Shown here: positions 10,351-21,052 of the stretch, piece after piece
Position numbering within the stretch: position 1 is the stretch's first letter
Layout of the letters: each line of letters starts with the position of its first letter
NCBI RefSeq assembly: GCF_013122565.1
Contig: NZ_CP053258.1
Length of the DNA: 64,000 bases
Source: Escherichia coli
GTDB taxonomy: Bacteria; Pseudomonadota; Gammaproteobacteria; Enterobacterales; Enterobacteriaceae
Reading direction: 5' to 3' (one strand)
The notes under the pieces: generated by a model
Databases searched by the model: none
What the model saw: the letters and a program-made list of their open reading frames with translations, nothing else
Told to the model about the DNA's origin: nothing
Translations under genes and position numbers: made by a program

Positions 10351-10665
10351 TTAACCTTTGACCTTCGGCATTGCGATGTCTTTCAGGCCACCGGCGTTCT
10401 CAACGTGGGTATATCCCATCTCGCTAAGGATCTCTTTTGCCTGCCCTGACTGGCGTCCGGCATTGCAATACACTTTCACGGTGTCGTTTTTATCGGGAAC
10501 GGCGGTGGCAATGCGCTCTTTCACTTCCTTCAGGGGAATATTGATGGCCCCCTGAACGTGCTCTTGCTTATACTGCTCTGGAACACGAACATCGATCCAG
10601 TGTTCAGCGGCAAAAACGGGCAGTGAAAACACCAGTGCCAGAGCAAGTAAGCCTTTTTTAAACAT
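10351..10665 (-). CDS. pspE: thiosulfate sulfurtransferase (rhodanese), periplasmic
   Basis: 104-aa ORF with signal peptide and rhodanese active-site Cys (CNAGRQS). Confidence 0.9.
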   Translation of the reverse strand: MFKKGLLALALVFSLPVFAAEHWIDVRVPEQYKQEHVQGAINIPLKEVKERIATAVPDKNDTVKVYCNAGRQSGQAKEILSEMGYTHVENAGGLKDIAMPKVKG

Positions 10666-10739
10666 GTAAGCGTCCTTCTATGGATGAAAATTGCTATCCA
10701 TTATACGCCTGAGATTTAACAATTTTTGCGAAACTCCCC

Positions 10740-10961
10740 TCACCTTTTATAACGCTGTGCCAGTTTATTAGCAGCCCGACTTAACAGCGGTTCCAGCGCC
10801 ACAGCCAGCAACATTTTCAGCGGTCGGCGAGCAACTGATTTTATCGCCCAGCCCGCCACACCCGCCGGGCCATAGCGCAGTGCGGTAAGAAGTACCAGCT
10901 TGCCTGCTAATTTGAAACCAGGCTTTACCTTTTGCCCGGCCTGTTGCCAGCGAGTATTCAT
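10740..10961 (-). CDS. pspD: phage shock protein D
   Basis: Track ORF trimmed to [10 protein letters not shown] (73 aa); operon position. Confidence 0.85.
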
Positions 10962-10969
10962 AACTTTCC

Positions 10970-11329
10970 TCACAGTTGACGGAAACGGCTACGTAACGTG
11001 AAAGTATCGGAAGTGACATAACGTTCCATCTCGCGTAAACGCGTTTCACTTGCCGCCAGTTCACGGTCGACTTCATCCAGCAATTCACTGCTGGAAGGTA
11101 GCTGCTCACCAAAGGCCATGTTGTCCGGCATTGGATCAAGCGCAAATGACAAAATGATGTAAGCAACCAGGGTAAACAGCGCCAGACCGAAGAAAATCGA
11201 CAGCACCACCAGGATACGCACCAGTTTTACCGGTACATCAAAATAGTTGGCAATCCCGGCGCAGACGCCACGGACCATGCCCTGCTGTGGAATACGCCAT
11301 AATTTTTTATTGAGATTAATGCCCGCCAT
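10970..11329 (-). CDS. pspC: phage shock protein C
   Basis: 119-aa ORF with single TM segment and PspC domain. Confidence 0.9.
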
Positions 11330-11553
11330 TAGCGATCCCTCCAGTTCGGATGTTCTGCATCAAGAATAGATTCCAGCGCCTGAATACGTTCGCGCATCCG
11401 TTTTGCTTCATCAGCCAGTTGCGCTAATCGCTGCTGCTCACTTTGCGACAATTCACTGCGACCAGAACGATTGCTGTAATGCAGCCATAACCAGATCGGT
11501 AAAACAAACAGCACAAAAATGGTTAACGGAATAGCCAGAAATAGCGCGCTCAT
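11329..11553 (-). CDS. pspB: phage shock protein B
   Basis: 74-aa ORF, N-terminal TM helix; overlaps pspC start. Confidence 0.9.
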   Translation of the reverse strand: MSALFLAIPLTIFVLFVLPIWLWLHYSNRSGRSELSQSEQQRLAQLADEAKRMRERIQALESILDAEHPNWRDR

Positions 11554-11606
11554 AAGTACTCCTTAGACGATGAGCGGCGGCGCGTTCGGACGCCGCCTGG
11601 ATGTTA

Positions 11607-12347
<741 letters not shown>

Positions 12348-12441
12348 TTATCTTTTTGATTTATAAAGATCTGATTGAAGAATCAACAGCAACATGCCAG
12401 GATGAGTTAGCGAATTACACTAACAAGTGGCGAATTTCATC

Positions 12442-13419
12442 ATGGCAGAATACAAAGATAATTTACTTGGTGAGGCGAACAGCTTTCTCGAAGTGCTGGA
12501 ACAGGTTTCGCATCTCGCACCGCTGGACAAACCGGTGCTCATCATCGGCGAACGCGGCACCGGTAAAGAGCTGATTGCCAGCCGCCTGCATTATCTCTCC
12601 TCCCGTTGGCAAGGGCCGTTTATTTCCCTTAACTGCGCGGCGTTAAATGAAAATCTGCTGGATTCCGAACTGTTTGGTCACGAAGCGGGGGCGTTTACCG
12701 GTGCGCAAAAACGTCATCCTGGGAGATTTGAACGTGCCGACGGCGGTACGCTATTTCTTGATGAACTCGCTACGGCACCGATGATGGTGCAGGAGAAATT
12801 ATTGCGCGTGATTGAGTACGGTGAACTGGAGCGCGTTGGCGGCAGCCAGCCATTGCAGGTGAATGTGCGGTTGGTATGCGCGACGAATGCCGATCTCCCG
12901 GCGATGGTCAATGAAGGTACTTTTCGCGCTGACCTGCTCGACCGGCTGGCTTTCGATGTAGTGCAACTGCCGCCCCTGCGCGAGCGCGAAAGCGACATTA
13001 TGCTGATGGCAGAACACTTTGCCATTCAGATGTGTCGGGAAATCAAGCTGCCTCTGTTCCCGGGGTTTACGGAGCGCGCCAGAGAAACATTGCTGAATTA
13101 TCGCTGGCCGGGAAATATTCGTGAATTGAAAAACGTGGTGGAACGTTCGGTGTATCGCCACGGCACCAGCGATTATCCGCTTGATGACATCATTATTGAT
13201 CCCTTTAAACGGCGTCCACCTGAAGAAGCCATCGCCGTTTCAGAAAACACCTCGCTTCCGACGCTGCCGCTGGATTTACGCGAGTTTCAGATGCAGCAGG
13301 AAAAAGAGTTGCTGCAACTCAGTTTGCAACAAGGGAAATATAACCAGAAGCGCGCAGCTGAATTGCTGGGGTTAACCTACCATCAGTTCCGCGCGTTGCT
13401 GAAAAAACACCAGATTTAG
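12442..13419 (+). CDS. pspF: sigma-54-dependent transcriptional activator (AAA+ bEBP)
   Basis: Track ORF trimmed to MAEYKDNLLGE (325 aa); Walker A GERGTGKE; GAFTGA motif; C-terminal HTH. Confidence 0.95.
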   Translation: MAEYKDNLLGEANSFLEVLEQVSHLAPLDKPVLIIGERGTGKELIASRLHYLSSRWQGPFISLNCAALNENLLDSELFGHEAGAFTGAQKRHPGRFERADGGTLFLDELATAPMMVQEKLLRVIEYGELERVGGSQPLQVNVRLVCATNADLPAMVNEGTFRADLLDRLAFDVVQLPPLRERESDIMLMAEHFAIQMCREIKLPLFPGFTERARETLLNYRWPGNIRELKNVVERSVYRHGTSDYPLDDIIIDPFKRRPPEEAIAVSENTSLPTLPLDLREFQMQQEKELLQLSLQQGKYNQKRAAELLGLTYHQFRALLKKHQI

Positions 13420-13440
13420 CAAAGTTGGGCAATGCGATTC

Positions 13441-13521
13441 GCCGGATGCGGCGTGAATGCCTTATCCGGCATACATAATCAATACGTCGTTTGCAGGCCT
13501 GATAAGCGCAGCGTATCAGGC
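13441..13521. repeat. REP/BIME palindromic units
   Basis: GCCGGATGCGGCGTGAATGCCTTATCCGGC and GGCCTGATAAGCGCAGCGTATCAGGC between convergent pspF and puuE. Confidence 0.8.
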
Positions 13522-13549
13522 ATTATTGCGTTGCCCCTGCTTCTGCGTA

Positions 13550-14815
13550 TTAGTCTCTCAGCGCATCCTGCAAAATTTTCATGGCCGCATCGAACTGCGC
13601 ATCCGGGATGGTTAGCGGATACAGAAAACGAATCACGTTGCCGTATGCGCCACAGGTCAGCAGAAGCAGCCCCTGCGCCAGCGCGCGTTGCTGGATTTTC
13701 TGCGCAATCGCCGCTGACGGTTCGCCCGTTTGCGGATCGTTAAACTCAGCCGCGATCATAGACCCCAGACCGCGTACCGCCGCGATGGCCGGAACGCTTT
13801 CTTTGGCATCAATCAGCGTGTTTGTCAGACGCTGGCCCAGTTGATTCGCGCGTTCGCAGAGTGATTCTTTGTCGATAATGTTGAGCACCGCGTGCGCGGC
13901 AGCCACCGCCAGCGGGTTCCCGGCGTAGGTGCCACCCAACCCGCCCGGCGCGGGCGCGTCCATAATATTCGCGTTACCGACCACGCCCGAAAGCGGCATC
14001 CCGCCCGCGAGGCTTTTCGCCATCGTCATTAAGTCCGGCTTATCGGCGTAATGATCCATGGCAAACAGTTTACCGGTACGCGCAAAGCCGCTTTGCACTT
14101 CATCGGCAATCATCACAATACCGTGCTCGTCGCACAGGCGGCGAATGGCGGCAACCAGCTCTTTTGGCGCAACGTTGAAACCGCCCTCGCCCTGCACCGG
14201 TTCGAAAATAATGGCCGCGACCTGCTTCGCTTCGATGTCTGATTTAAACAAGCGTTCGATGGCGTCGAGGGAGTCCTGTGTTGAAATGCCGTGTAAATCT
14301 GACGGATAAGGTACGTGATACACCGAACCAGGGAACGGGCCGAAGCCGATTTTGTACGGCGCAACTTTTCCGGTCAGCGCCATGGTCATATATGTACGAC
14401 CGTGGAAGCCACCGCTAAACGCAATCACGCCAGGTCGTCCGGTATGGGCGCGAGCAATTTTCACCGCGTTTTCCACCGCTTCCGCACCGGTAGTGAAGAA
14501 TGCGGTTTTAGCCTGCCCGCTCACTGGGGCAAGGGCGTTAATTTTCTCCGCCAGCGTGACGTAGCTTTCGTACGGCACAATCTGATACGCCGTGTGGGTA
14601 AACTGTTGCAATTGCTGCTCCACCGCCGCGACCAGATCAGGGTGGCGATGCCCGGTATTCAGCACCGCAATGCCTGCGGCGAAATCGATGTATTCGTTGC
14701 CCTCTACGTCCTTCAGCGTAGCGTTTTCTGCCGACTGGGCGAAGAAGTTACACATCACGCCAACCCCGCGTGGGGTAGCAGAAAGACGACGCTGATGGAA
14801 TTCATTGTTGCTCAT
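13550..14815 (-). CDS. puuE: 4-aminobutyrate aminotransferase (PLP-dependent)
   Basis: 421-aa ORF, class-III aminotransferase. Confidence 0.95.
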   Translation of the reverse strand: MSNNEFHQRRLSATPRGVGVMCNFFAQSAENATLKDVEGNEYIDFAAGIAVLNTGHRHPDLVAAVEQQLQQFTHTAYQIVPYESYVTLAEKINALAPVSGQAKTAFFTTGAEAVENAVKIARAHTGRPGVIAFSGGFHGRTYMTMALTGKVAPYKIGFGPFPGSVYHVPYPSDLHGISTQDSLDAIERLFKSDIEAKQVAAIIFEPVQGEGGFNVAPKELVAAIRRLCDEHGIVMIADEVQSGFARTGKLFAMDHYADKPDLMTMAKSLAGGMPLSGVVGNANIMDAPAPGGLGGTYAGNPLAVAAAHAVLNIIDKESLCERANQLGQRLTNTLIDAKESVPAIAAVRGLGSMIAAEFNDPQTGEPSAAIAQKIQQRALAQGLLLLTCGAYGNVIRFLYPLTIPDAQFDAAMKILQDALRD

Positions 14816-14852
14816 GTTTCACACCTTTTGACTCTTCACTGTTAATCGGAAA

Positions 14853-16133
14853 TTAAACGCCCAGACGATCGCGCAGGCTGTAATAAGCCGCGCCCATCGC
14901 GGTAAATGGCACGCGCAGCGTGCGCCCGCCGGGAAACGGGTAATGCGGCAGATTGGCGAAGGCATCGAAACGTTCGGCGTCGCCGCGCAGCAGTTCGGCA
15001 ATCAGACGCCCGGCAAGATGGGTACAGGTGACGCCGTGGCCGCTGTAGCCCTGCATGTAATAGATGTTGGTATCAAGGCGACCGAACTGCGGCATGCGCG
15101 ACAAGGTCAGCAGGAAGTTGCCCGTCCAGCGGTAATCAATTTTCACGCCCTTCAGCTGCGGGAAGGTTTTCAGCAGTTTCGGCACCACAAGGCGCTCAAC
15201 GTCATCCGGGTCGCGCGCGCCGTAGACCACGCCGCCGCCGTACAGCAGGCGGTTGTCGGCGGTAAGACGGTAGTAATCAAGCAGATAGTTACAGTCTTCC
15301 ACACAGTAGTTTTTCGGGATCAGCGAACGGGCTAAATCTTCCGACAGCCGTTCGGTGGTGATCACCTGCGTGCCGCACGGCATGCTGCGTTTCGCCAGTT
15401 CCGGCTCTACTTTATCGCCCAGATACGCATTCCCGGCGACAATCACATACTTCGCCGTCACCTGACCTTTGGCAGTTCGCACAACGGCTGGCGTGGTGTG
15501 CTGGATCTGCGTCACGGCAGAAAGTTCATACACGCGCCCGCCGTTGAGGCGGATGGCGTCGGCTTCACCAATGGCGAGGTTCAACGGGTGAATATGCCCG
15601 CCGCTGTGATCAAGCAGCGCGCCGGTATAGCGATCGCTGGCGACCTCGCGGCGAATGGCGTTGGCGTCCAGCAGTTCCAGCTGTTTATTGCCGTAGCGTT
15701 CCCAGTTCTCTTTCTGCTCTTCAAGTGTGGCGAGTTGTTTATCATTCATCGCCACAAACAGGCCGCCGGGGCGGTAGTCGCAGTCAATCTGATAACGTTT
15801 GATACGTTCGCGGATGATCTCGCCGCCTTCAAACATCATGCTGCCGAGCATACGGGCGGTATCCATGCCGTAGCTTTTTTCGATAACGTCGATGTCGCGG
15901 CTGTAGGAGTTCACAAGCTGCCCGCCGTTGCGCCCGCTGGCACCAAAGCCGATGCGTGAGGCTTCGAGAACCACTACGTCAAAGCCCGCTTCCGCCAGAT
16001 GCAACGCGGAGGAAAGCCCGGTATAGCCGCCGCCGACCACGCAAACGTCGCAGGAAATCGACTCATTCAGCGTGTCGAAAGGCGCATATTTATTCGCACT
16101 GGCGGCGTAGTAACTGCTGGTATGTTCGGTCAT
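14853..16133 (-). CDS. puuB: gamma-glutamylputrescine oxidase (FAD)
   Basis: 426-aa ORF with FAD-binding VVGGGYTG. Confidence 0.95.
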   Translation of the reverse strand: MTEHTSSYYAASANKYAPFDTLNESISCDVCVVGGGYTGLSSALHLAEAGFDVVVLEASRIGFGASGRNGGQLVNSYSRDIDVIEKSYGMDTARMLGSMMFEGGEIIRERIKRYQIDCDYRPGGLFVAMNDKQLATLEEQKENWERYGNKQLELLDANAIRREVASDRYTGALLDHSGGHIHPLNLAIGEADAIRLNGGRVYELSAVTQIQHTTPAVVRTAKGQVTAKYVIVAGNAYLGDKVEPELAKRSMPCGTQVITTERLSEDLARSLIPKNYCVEDCNYLLDYYRLTADNRLLYGGGVVYGARDPDDVERLVVPKLLKTFPQLKGVKIDYRWTGNFLLTLSRMPQFGRLDTNIYYMQGYSGHGVTCTHLAGRLIAELLRGDAERFDAFANLPHYPFPGGRTLRVPFTAMGAAYYSLRDRLGV

Positions 16134-16134
16134 T

Positions 16135-17622
16135 TCAGGCCTCCAGGCTTATCCAGATGGTTTTCAGTTCAGTGAATTTTTCAAGGGCATGCAGGGATTT
16201 GTCTCGACCGTTGCCGCTCTGCTTATAGCCGCCAAACGGCACGGTCATATCGCCATCGTTATAGTTATTGACGAAGACGGAACCGGCTTTCAGGCGACGG
16301 CTCATACGGTGGGCGCGGGAGAGATCGCGCGTCCACACCGCCGCGCCGAGGCCATACTGGCTGTCATTGGCAAGCTGTAGCGCCTGATCTTCTGATGTGA
16401 AACGGGTGACCACCAGCACCGGGCCGAAAATCTCTTCGCGGCTTAAGGACGCATTCGGGTCCACATCCACAAAGATGGTCGGGCCAATGGCCGCCGCCAG
16501 CCCGGCGTTACGACCATCCAGCAGCAGTTGCCCTTTGCCTTCGCCTTCACGAATAAAGCCATGCACCGAGTCAGCATGAGCGCTGTCGATTAAGGTGCCC
16601 ATGGTGGTTGCGGGGTCGAGCGGATGCCCCGGCTGCCAGTTTTGCGCCTGCTGTTTTAACAGGGCTAAGAATTCATCGGCGATGCTCTCTTCCAGCAACA
16701 GGCGCGTTCCGGCGATACACACCTGCCCCTGGTTGTAGAAAATGCCCGCTGCGGTGGCGCTCGCCGCTTTTTGAAGATCCGGGCAGTCGGCAAAAACGAT
16801 GTTGGCGCTTTTGCCACCGGCTTCCAGCCAGACGCGTTTCATGTTGCTGTCGCCTGCGTCTTTCAGCAGCTGTTTCCCGGTACGGGTCGAGCCGGTGAAG
16901 GCGATAACATCGATATCGCCATGGCATGACAGCGCCTGTCCCGCTTCATGACCAAAACCCGTCACCACGTTCAACACACCATCCGGCAAGCCTGCTTCTT
17001 TCGCCAGCCCAGCGAGACGTATCGCACTGAGCGGTGATTTTTCAGACGGTTTCAGGACAACGCTGTTCCCTGCCGCCAGCGCCGGGCCAAGCTTCCAGCA
17101 GGTCAGCAGCAGCGGGAAGTTCCACGGTACTATGGCGGCAATCACGCCGACCGGTTCACGCACGATCATCGCCAGCTCATGGCTACTGGTGGTCGCCACT
17201 TCGCCATACACTTTGTCGATTGCTTCGGCGTACCAGCGAATGGCGCGCGCCGCGCCGGGTATATCATCACGAAGGCTGTGACGAATCGGTTTGCCGGTGT
17301 CGAGGGTTTCCAGCAGCGCCAGTTCTTCGGCGTGGGCTTCCATTAAATCGGCGAGTTTATTCAGCACCGCTTTACGTTTTGCCGGGGCAGCCTGCGACCA
17401 GTCGCCGCGTTCAAATACGCCGTGTGCTGCGCTCACCGCACGGTCGATATCGACGCTCTTGCCGCGCGCAATATTCGCCAGCGGTGCCTGGGTGACCGGA
17501 TCAACGGTTTCAAAGGTTTCATTTTCCGCCGCAGCAGTATATTCACCGTTAATAAATAAGCGGGTTTCAATGGCGAGACTTAACGCTTTATCCTGCCAGT
17601 AAGCCAGATGATGAAAATTCAT
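16135..17622 (-). CDS. puuC: gamma-glutamyl-gamma-aminobutyraldehyde dehydrogenase
   Basis: Track ORF trimmed to MNFHHLAYWQDK (495 aa); aldehyde dehydrogenase family. Confidence 0.9.
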   Translation of the reverse strand: MNFHHLAYWQDKALSLAIETRLFINGEYTAAAENETFETVDPVTQAPLANIARGKSVDIDRAVSAAHGVFERGDWSQAAPAKRKAVLNKLADLMEAHAEELALLETLDTGKPIRHSLRDDIPGAARAIRWYAEAIDKVYGEVATTSSHELAMIVREPVGVIAAIVPWNFPLLLTCWKLGPALAAGNSVVLKPSEKSPLSAIRLAGLAKEAGLPDGVLNVVTGFGHEAGQALSCHGDIDVIAFTGSTRTGKQLLKDAGDSNMKRVWLEAGGKSANIVFADCPDLQKAASATAAGIFYNQGQVCIAGTRLLLEESIADEFLALLKQQAQNWQPGHPLDPATTMGTLIDSAHADSVHGFIREGEGKGQLLLDGRNAGLAAAIGPTIFVDVDPNASLSREEIFGPVLVVTRFTSEDQALQLANDSQYGLGAAVWTRDLSRAHRMSRRLKAGSVFVNNYNDGDMTVPFGGYKQSGNGRDKSLHALEKFTELKTIWISLEA

Positions 17623-17771
17623 TATGACTCCTGTTTCACGTCTATCAGATATATGCAGTTTGTGAACGTCAGGGCGCAGAGATCCCCGGGCCGTATGCCC
17701 GTTTATTTCTGGCGACATTCTTTATGGATTGCCGGGCGCATTGCGCTTACCCGGCTTACAGAACAAAAAGA

Positions 17772-18329
17772 TTAAAACGTGGTGGGCGTATGGGCGCTGA
17801 TAATTCGGCAAATACCTGCCGACGTATTACTGAAACTGTGCGGGATGCCGGTATTAATGGCATAACTTTGCCCCGCGACGAGATGATAATCCTGACCATT
17901 AATCGTCAGAACAATTTCACCTTCCAGTACAGTGCCTATTTCCTCACCCTGATGCTTAATTCTTTCCCCGGTGGTTGTGCCAGGCTGGTAAGTTTCAAAG
18001 ATCATCGCCAGCGTGCGATTCGGGTTACCGTTATGAACCAGCTTCATTGACACACCCTGACTGCCCATCTCAATTAAATCGTCCTGATTAATGACGACCT
18101 GCGGCTCATCAGGTTTTTCCGGCTCGGAAAAGAATTCCGAGAGTGACAGACCATACACCTTCAGCAGCTTTTGCAGCGTACTGATGGCAGGGCTGACTTT
18201 ATCTTGTTCTATCGTACTGATAGCACTGTGAGTCAGCCCGGAGAGTTCGGCGGCACGACGTTGTGAAAGCCCCTGCTGCTGGCGGATTTCCGACAAGCGT
18301 TTTCCTGGCGCCAGTCCCTCATCACTCAT
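17772..18329 (-). CDS. puuR: HTH-XRE/cupin repressor of puu genes
   Basis: 185-aa ORF; N-terminal HTH, C-terminal cupin. Confidence 0.95.
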   Translation of the reverse strand: MSDEGLAPGKRLSEIRQQQGLSQRRAAELSGLTHSAISTIEQDKVSPAISTLQKLLKVYGLSLSEFFSEPEKPDEPQVVINQDDLIEMGSQGVSMKLVHNGNPNRTLAMIFETYQPGTTTGERIKHQGEEIGTVLEGEIVLTINGQDYHLVAGQSYAINTGIPHSFSNTSAGICRIISAHTPTTF

Positions 18330-18355
18330 ATTTGCATTTCCTTAAACTGTAGTGG

Positions 18356-19120
18356 TCAGAGTCGCTGTTTTTCAGCGATATGGTGCTGACAAGCGGTGAT
18401 AAAGCCCTCGAACAATATACGCGAAAGCGCGTACTCGCTACTGTTCCATTCCGGGTGCCACTGTACGCCCAGCGCAAAAGGATGATTGATGACGCTCACC
18501 GCCTCAACTAAGCCATCCGGCGAGCGAGCTTCAACACGCAACCGTGGGCTAACGACCTTCGCCCCTTGTCCATGCAGAGAGTTTACCCAAAAGTTGCTAC
18601 ATTCAGGTAACAACGCAGACAGCAATCCCCCCTCTTCAACCTGAACTTCATGCGACGGTGCATATTGCTGTTCCACCGGCAGTTCGGGATCTTCCCGATG
18701 TTCCAGCAATTCAGGCTGTTCGCACAGCTTGCGATGCAACGAACCACCGGTTGCCACCACCAGTTCCTGTAAACCCCGGCAGATGGCGAAAATGGGGATG
18801 CGCCTTTCGAGTGCGGCATTAATTAACGCCATGCTCAGAAGATCACGCCCGGGATCGGCGTCAGGCTCATCGCCGTTTTCACCATATAGGTGCGGCTGCA
18901 CATTGCTGGGACTACCAGGAAGATAAATACCATCGAGTTTCGGCAAAAGTTGTTCAAGTAATGACGGTTCCGCCAGCGCATGTGGCAGCGCAATCGGCAA
19001 ACCGCCCGCGTGGATGATGGCATTCAGGTACTTTTCTTGCAGAGTCTGGGTCGTATGACCCTTAAGCCTGTTCCTGCACATTACGACACCGATAACCGGA
19101 TTGTTCATTATATTTTCCAT
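18356..19120 (-). CDS. puuD: gamma-glutamyl-GABA hydrolase (class-I glutamine amidotransferase)
   Basis: Track ORF trimmed to MENIMNNPVIG (254 aa); catalytic Cys in AICRG. Confidence 0.9.
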   Translation of the reverse strand: MENIMNNPVIGVVMCRNRLKGHTTQTLQEKYLNAIIHAGGLPIALPHALAEPSLLEQLLPKLDGIYLPGSPSNVQPHLYGENGDEPDADPGRDLLSMALINAALERRIPIFAICRGLQELVVATGGSLHRKLCEQPELLEHREDPELPVEQQYAPSHEVQVEEGGLLSALLPECSNFWVNSLHGQGAKVVSPRLRVEARSPDGLVEAVSVINHPFALGVQWHPEWNSSEYALSRILFEGFITACQHHIAEKQRL

Positions 19121-19331
19121 GCTCAATCTCACAAAGTGGACTAAATTATCGCCATTACTGCGCTTTAAATGACCTTTATGTTCAATATTTTTTCAATCTA
19201 GCAGTGGGTTTTCATTTTTGCAAACTCAATTTAACATTTGACAAACATTTAGTTTGCATACAGATTCGAATGGTGGTCATTATATTTTACGCTTTGATAA
19301 CGAGCGGAAAACAAACCAAAGGCGAAGAATC
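19121..19331. promoter_or_regulatory. puuD/puuA divergent control region with candidate PuuR operators
   Basis: AT-rich spacer with related elements ATGTTCAATATTTTTTCAAT and TGGTCATTATATTTTACGC. Confidence 0.5.
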
Positions 19332-20750
19332 ATGGAAACCAATATCGTTGAAGTAGAGAACTTTGTTCAGCAGTCAGAAGAGAGGCGGGGTAGCGCCTTT
19401 ACGCAGGAAGTGAAACGCTACCTGGAGCGCTACCCGAATACGCAATATGTTGATGTTTTACTTACCGATTTGAATGGTTGTTTTCGTGGAAAACGTATCC
19501 CTGTTTCAAGCCTGAAGAAGTTGGAGAAAGGGTGTTATTTCCCGGCCTCGGTGTTTGCAATGGATATTCTGGGCAACGTAGTAGAAGAAGCTGGCCTGGG
19601 TCAGGAAATGGGTGAGCCGGATCGTACCTGTGTCCCTGTTCTTGGTTCCTTAACCCCTTCTGCCGCCGATCCAGAGTTTATCGGTCAGATGCTCCTGACC
19701 ATGGTCGATGAAGATGGCGCTCCCTTTGACGTTGAGCCGCGGAACGTTCTTAACCGCCTGTGGCAGCAGCTGCGCCAGCGCGGATTGTTCCCGGTCGTAG
19801 CGGTAGAGCTGGAGTTCTATTTACTGGATCGTCAGCGCGACGCTGAAGGGTATCTGCAGCCGCCCTGCGCGCCCGGCACCGATGACCGCAATACACAAAG
19901 CCAGGTTTACTCGGTTGATAACCTCAACCACTTCGCCGATGTGCTCAATGATATTGATGAACTGGCGCAGTTACAGTTAATTCCCGCCGACGGTGCGGTC
20001 GCCGAAGCCTCGCCGGGTCAGTTTGAAATCAATCTTTACCATACCGATAACGTGCTGGAAGCCTGCGATGATGCGCTGGCACTAAAACGCCTGGTGCGTC
20101 TGATGGCAGAAAAGCATAAGATGCACGCCACTTTTATGGCGAAGCCGTATGAAGAGCACGCGGGCAGCGGGATGCATATCCATATCAGTATGCAAAATAA
20201 TCGTGGCGAGAACGTGCTTTCTGACGCGGAAGGCGAAGATTCGCCGCTGCTGAAAAAAATGCTCGCCGGAATGATCGATCTGATGCCGTCATCAATGGCG
20301 TTGCTGGCACCAAACGTGAACTCGTATCGCCGCTTCCAGCCGGGGATGTATGTACCGACGCAGGCGTCGTGGGGCCATAACAACCGCACCGTCGCCCTGC
20401 GTATTCCATGCGGCGATCGCCATAATCACCGCGTGGAATATCGCGTGGCGGGTGCCGATGCCAACCCATATCTGGTGATGGCAGCGATTTTTGCCGGTAT
20501 TTTGCACGGTCTTGATAACGAGCTGCCGTTGCAGGAAGAAGTCGAAGGCAACGGGCTGGAACAGGATGGCTTACCCTTCCCGATTCGCCAGAGCGATGCC
20601 CTGGGTGAGTTTATCGAGAATGATCACCTGCGCCGCTATTTAGGCGAACGGTTTTGCCATGTCTATCACGCCTGTAAAAATGATGAGCTGTTGCAGTTTG
20701 AGCGCCTCATCACAGAAACAGAAATTGAGTGGATGTTGAAAAACGCATAG
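19332..20750 (+). CDS. puuA: glutamate-putrescine ligase (glutamine-synthetase family)
   Basis: Track ORF trimmed to METNIVEVENF (472 aa). Confidence 0.95.
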   Translation: METNIVEVENFVQQSEERRGSAFTQEVKRYLERYPNTQYVDVLLTDLNGCFRGKRIPVSSLKKLEKGCYFPASVFAMDILGNVVEEAGLGQEMGEPDRTCVPVLGSLTPSAADPEFIGQMLLTMVDEDGAPFDVEPRNVLNRLWQQLRQRGLFPVVAVELEFYLLDRQRDAEGYLQPPCAPGTDDRNTQSQVYSVDNLNHFADVLNDIDELAQLQLIPADGAVAEASPGQFEINLYHTDNVLEACDDALALKRLVRLMAEKHKMHATFMAKPYEEHAGSGMHIHISMQNNRGENVLSDAEGEDSPLLKKMLAGMIDLMPSSMALLAPNVNSYRRFQPGMYVPTQASWGHNNRTVALRIPCGDRHNHRVEYRVAGADANPYLVMAAIFAGILHGLDNELPLQEEVEGNGLEQDGLPFPIRQSDALGEFIENDHLRRYLGERFCHVYHACKNDELLQFERLITETEIEWMLKNA

Positions 20751-21052
20751 TACCCCTTGCGGGGTTGTTTCATCGGCCTGAGCGGAGCCAGGCCTGACAT
20801 TTGCTGGTAATCCAGACATTTCCCGGATGTCGCGTTATGGAGCGCAGGCGGCAACGGGCTTCCGTTAACGATTAAGACTGTGACGAGGAAATGAGATGAT
20901 GCCGATGATTAAATCCCCGCATGGCGCGGGAGGCTGCGTATGCGCCCCTCCTGCGACTGACTGGACTCCGCCCCCTTTGCTTCCCTTGCTAAACAGGTTT
21001 GATTTCAGGTCGACACGACCGCAAACCTTATTACGCAGGGGAGGCAGCAATT

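Noticed and set aside
14315-15959. Several 130-180-aa plus-strand ORFs
   Set aside because: All antisense inside puuE or puuB; shadow ORFs.
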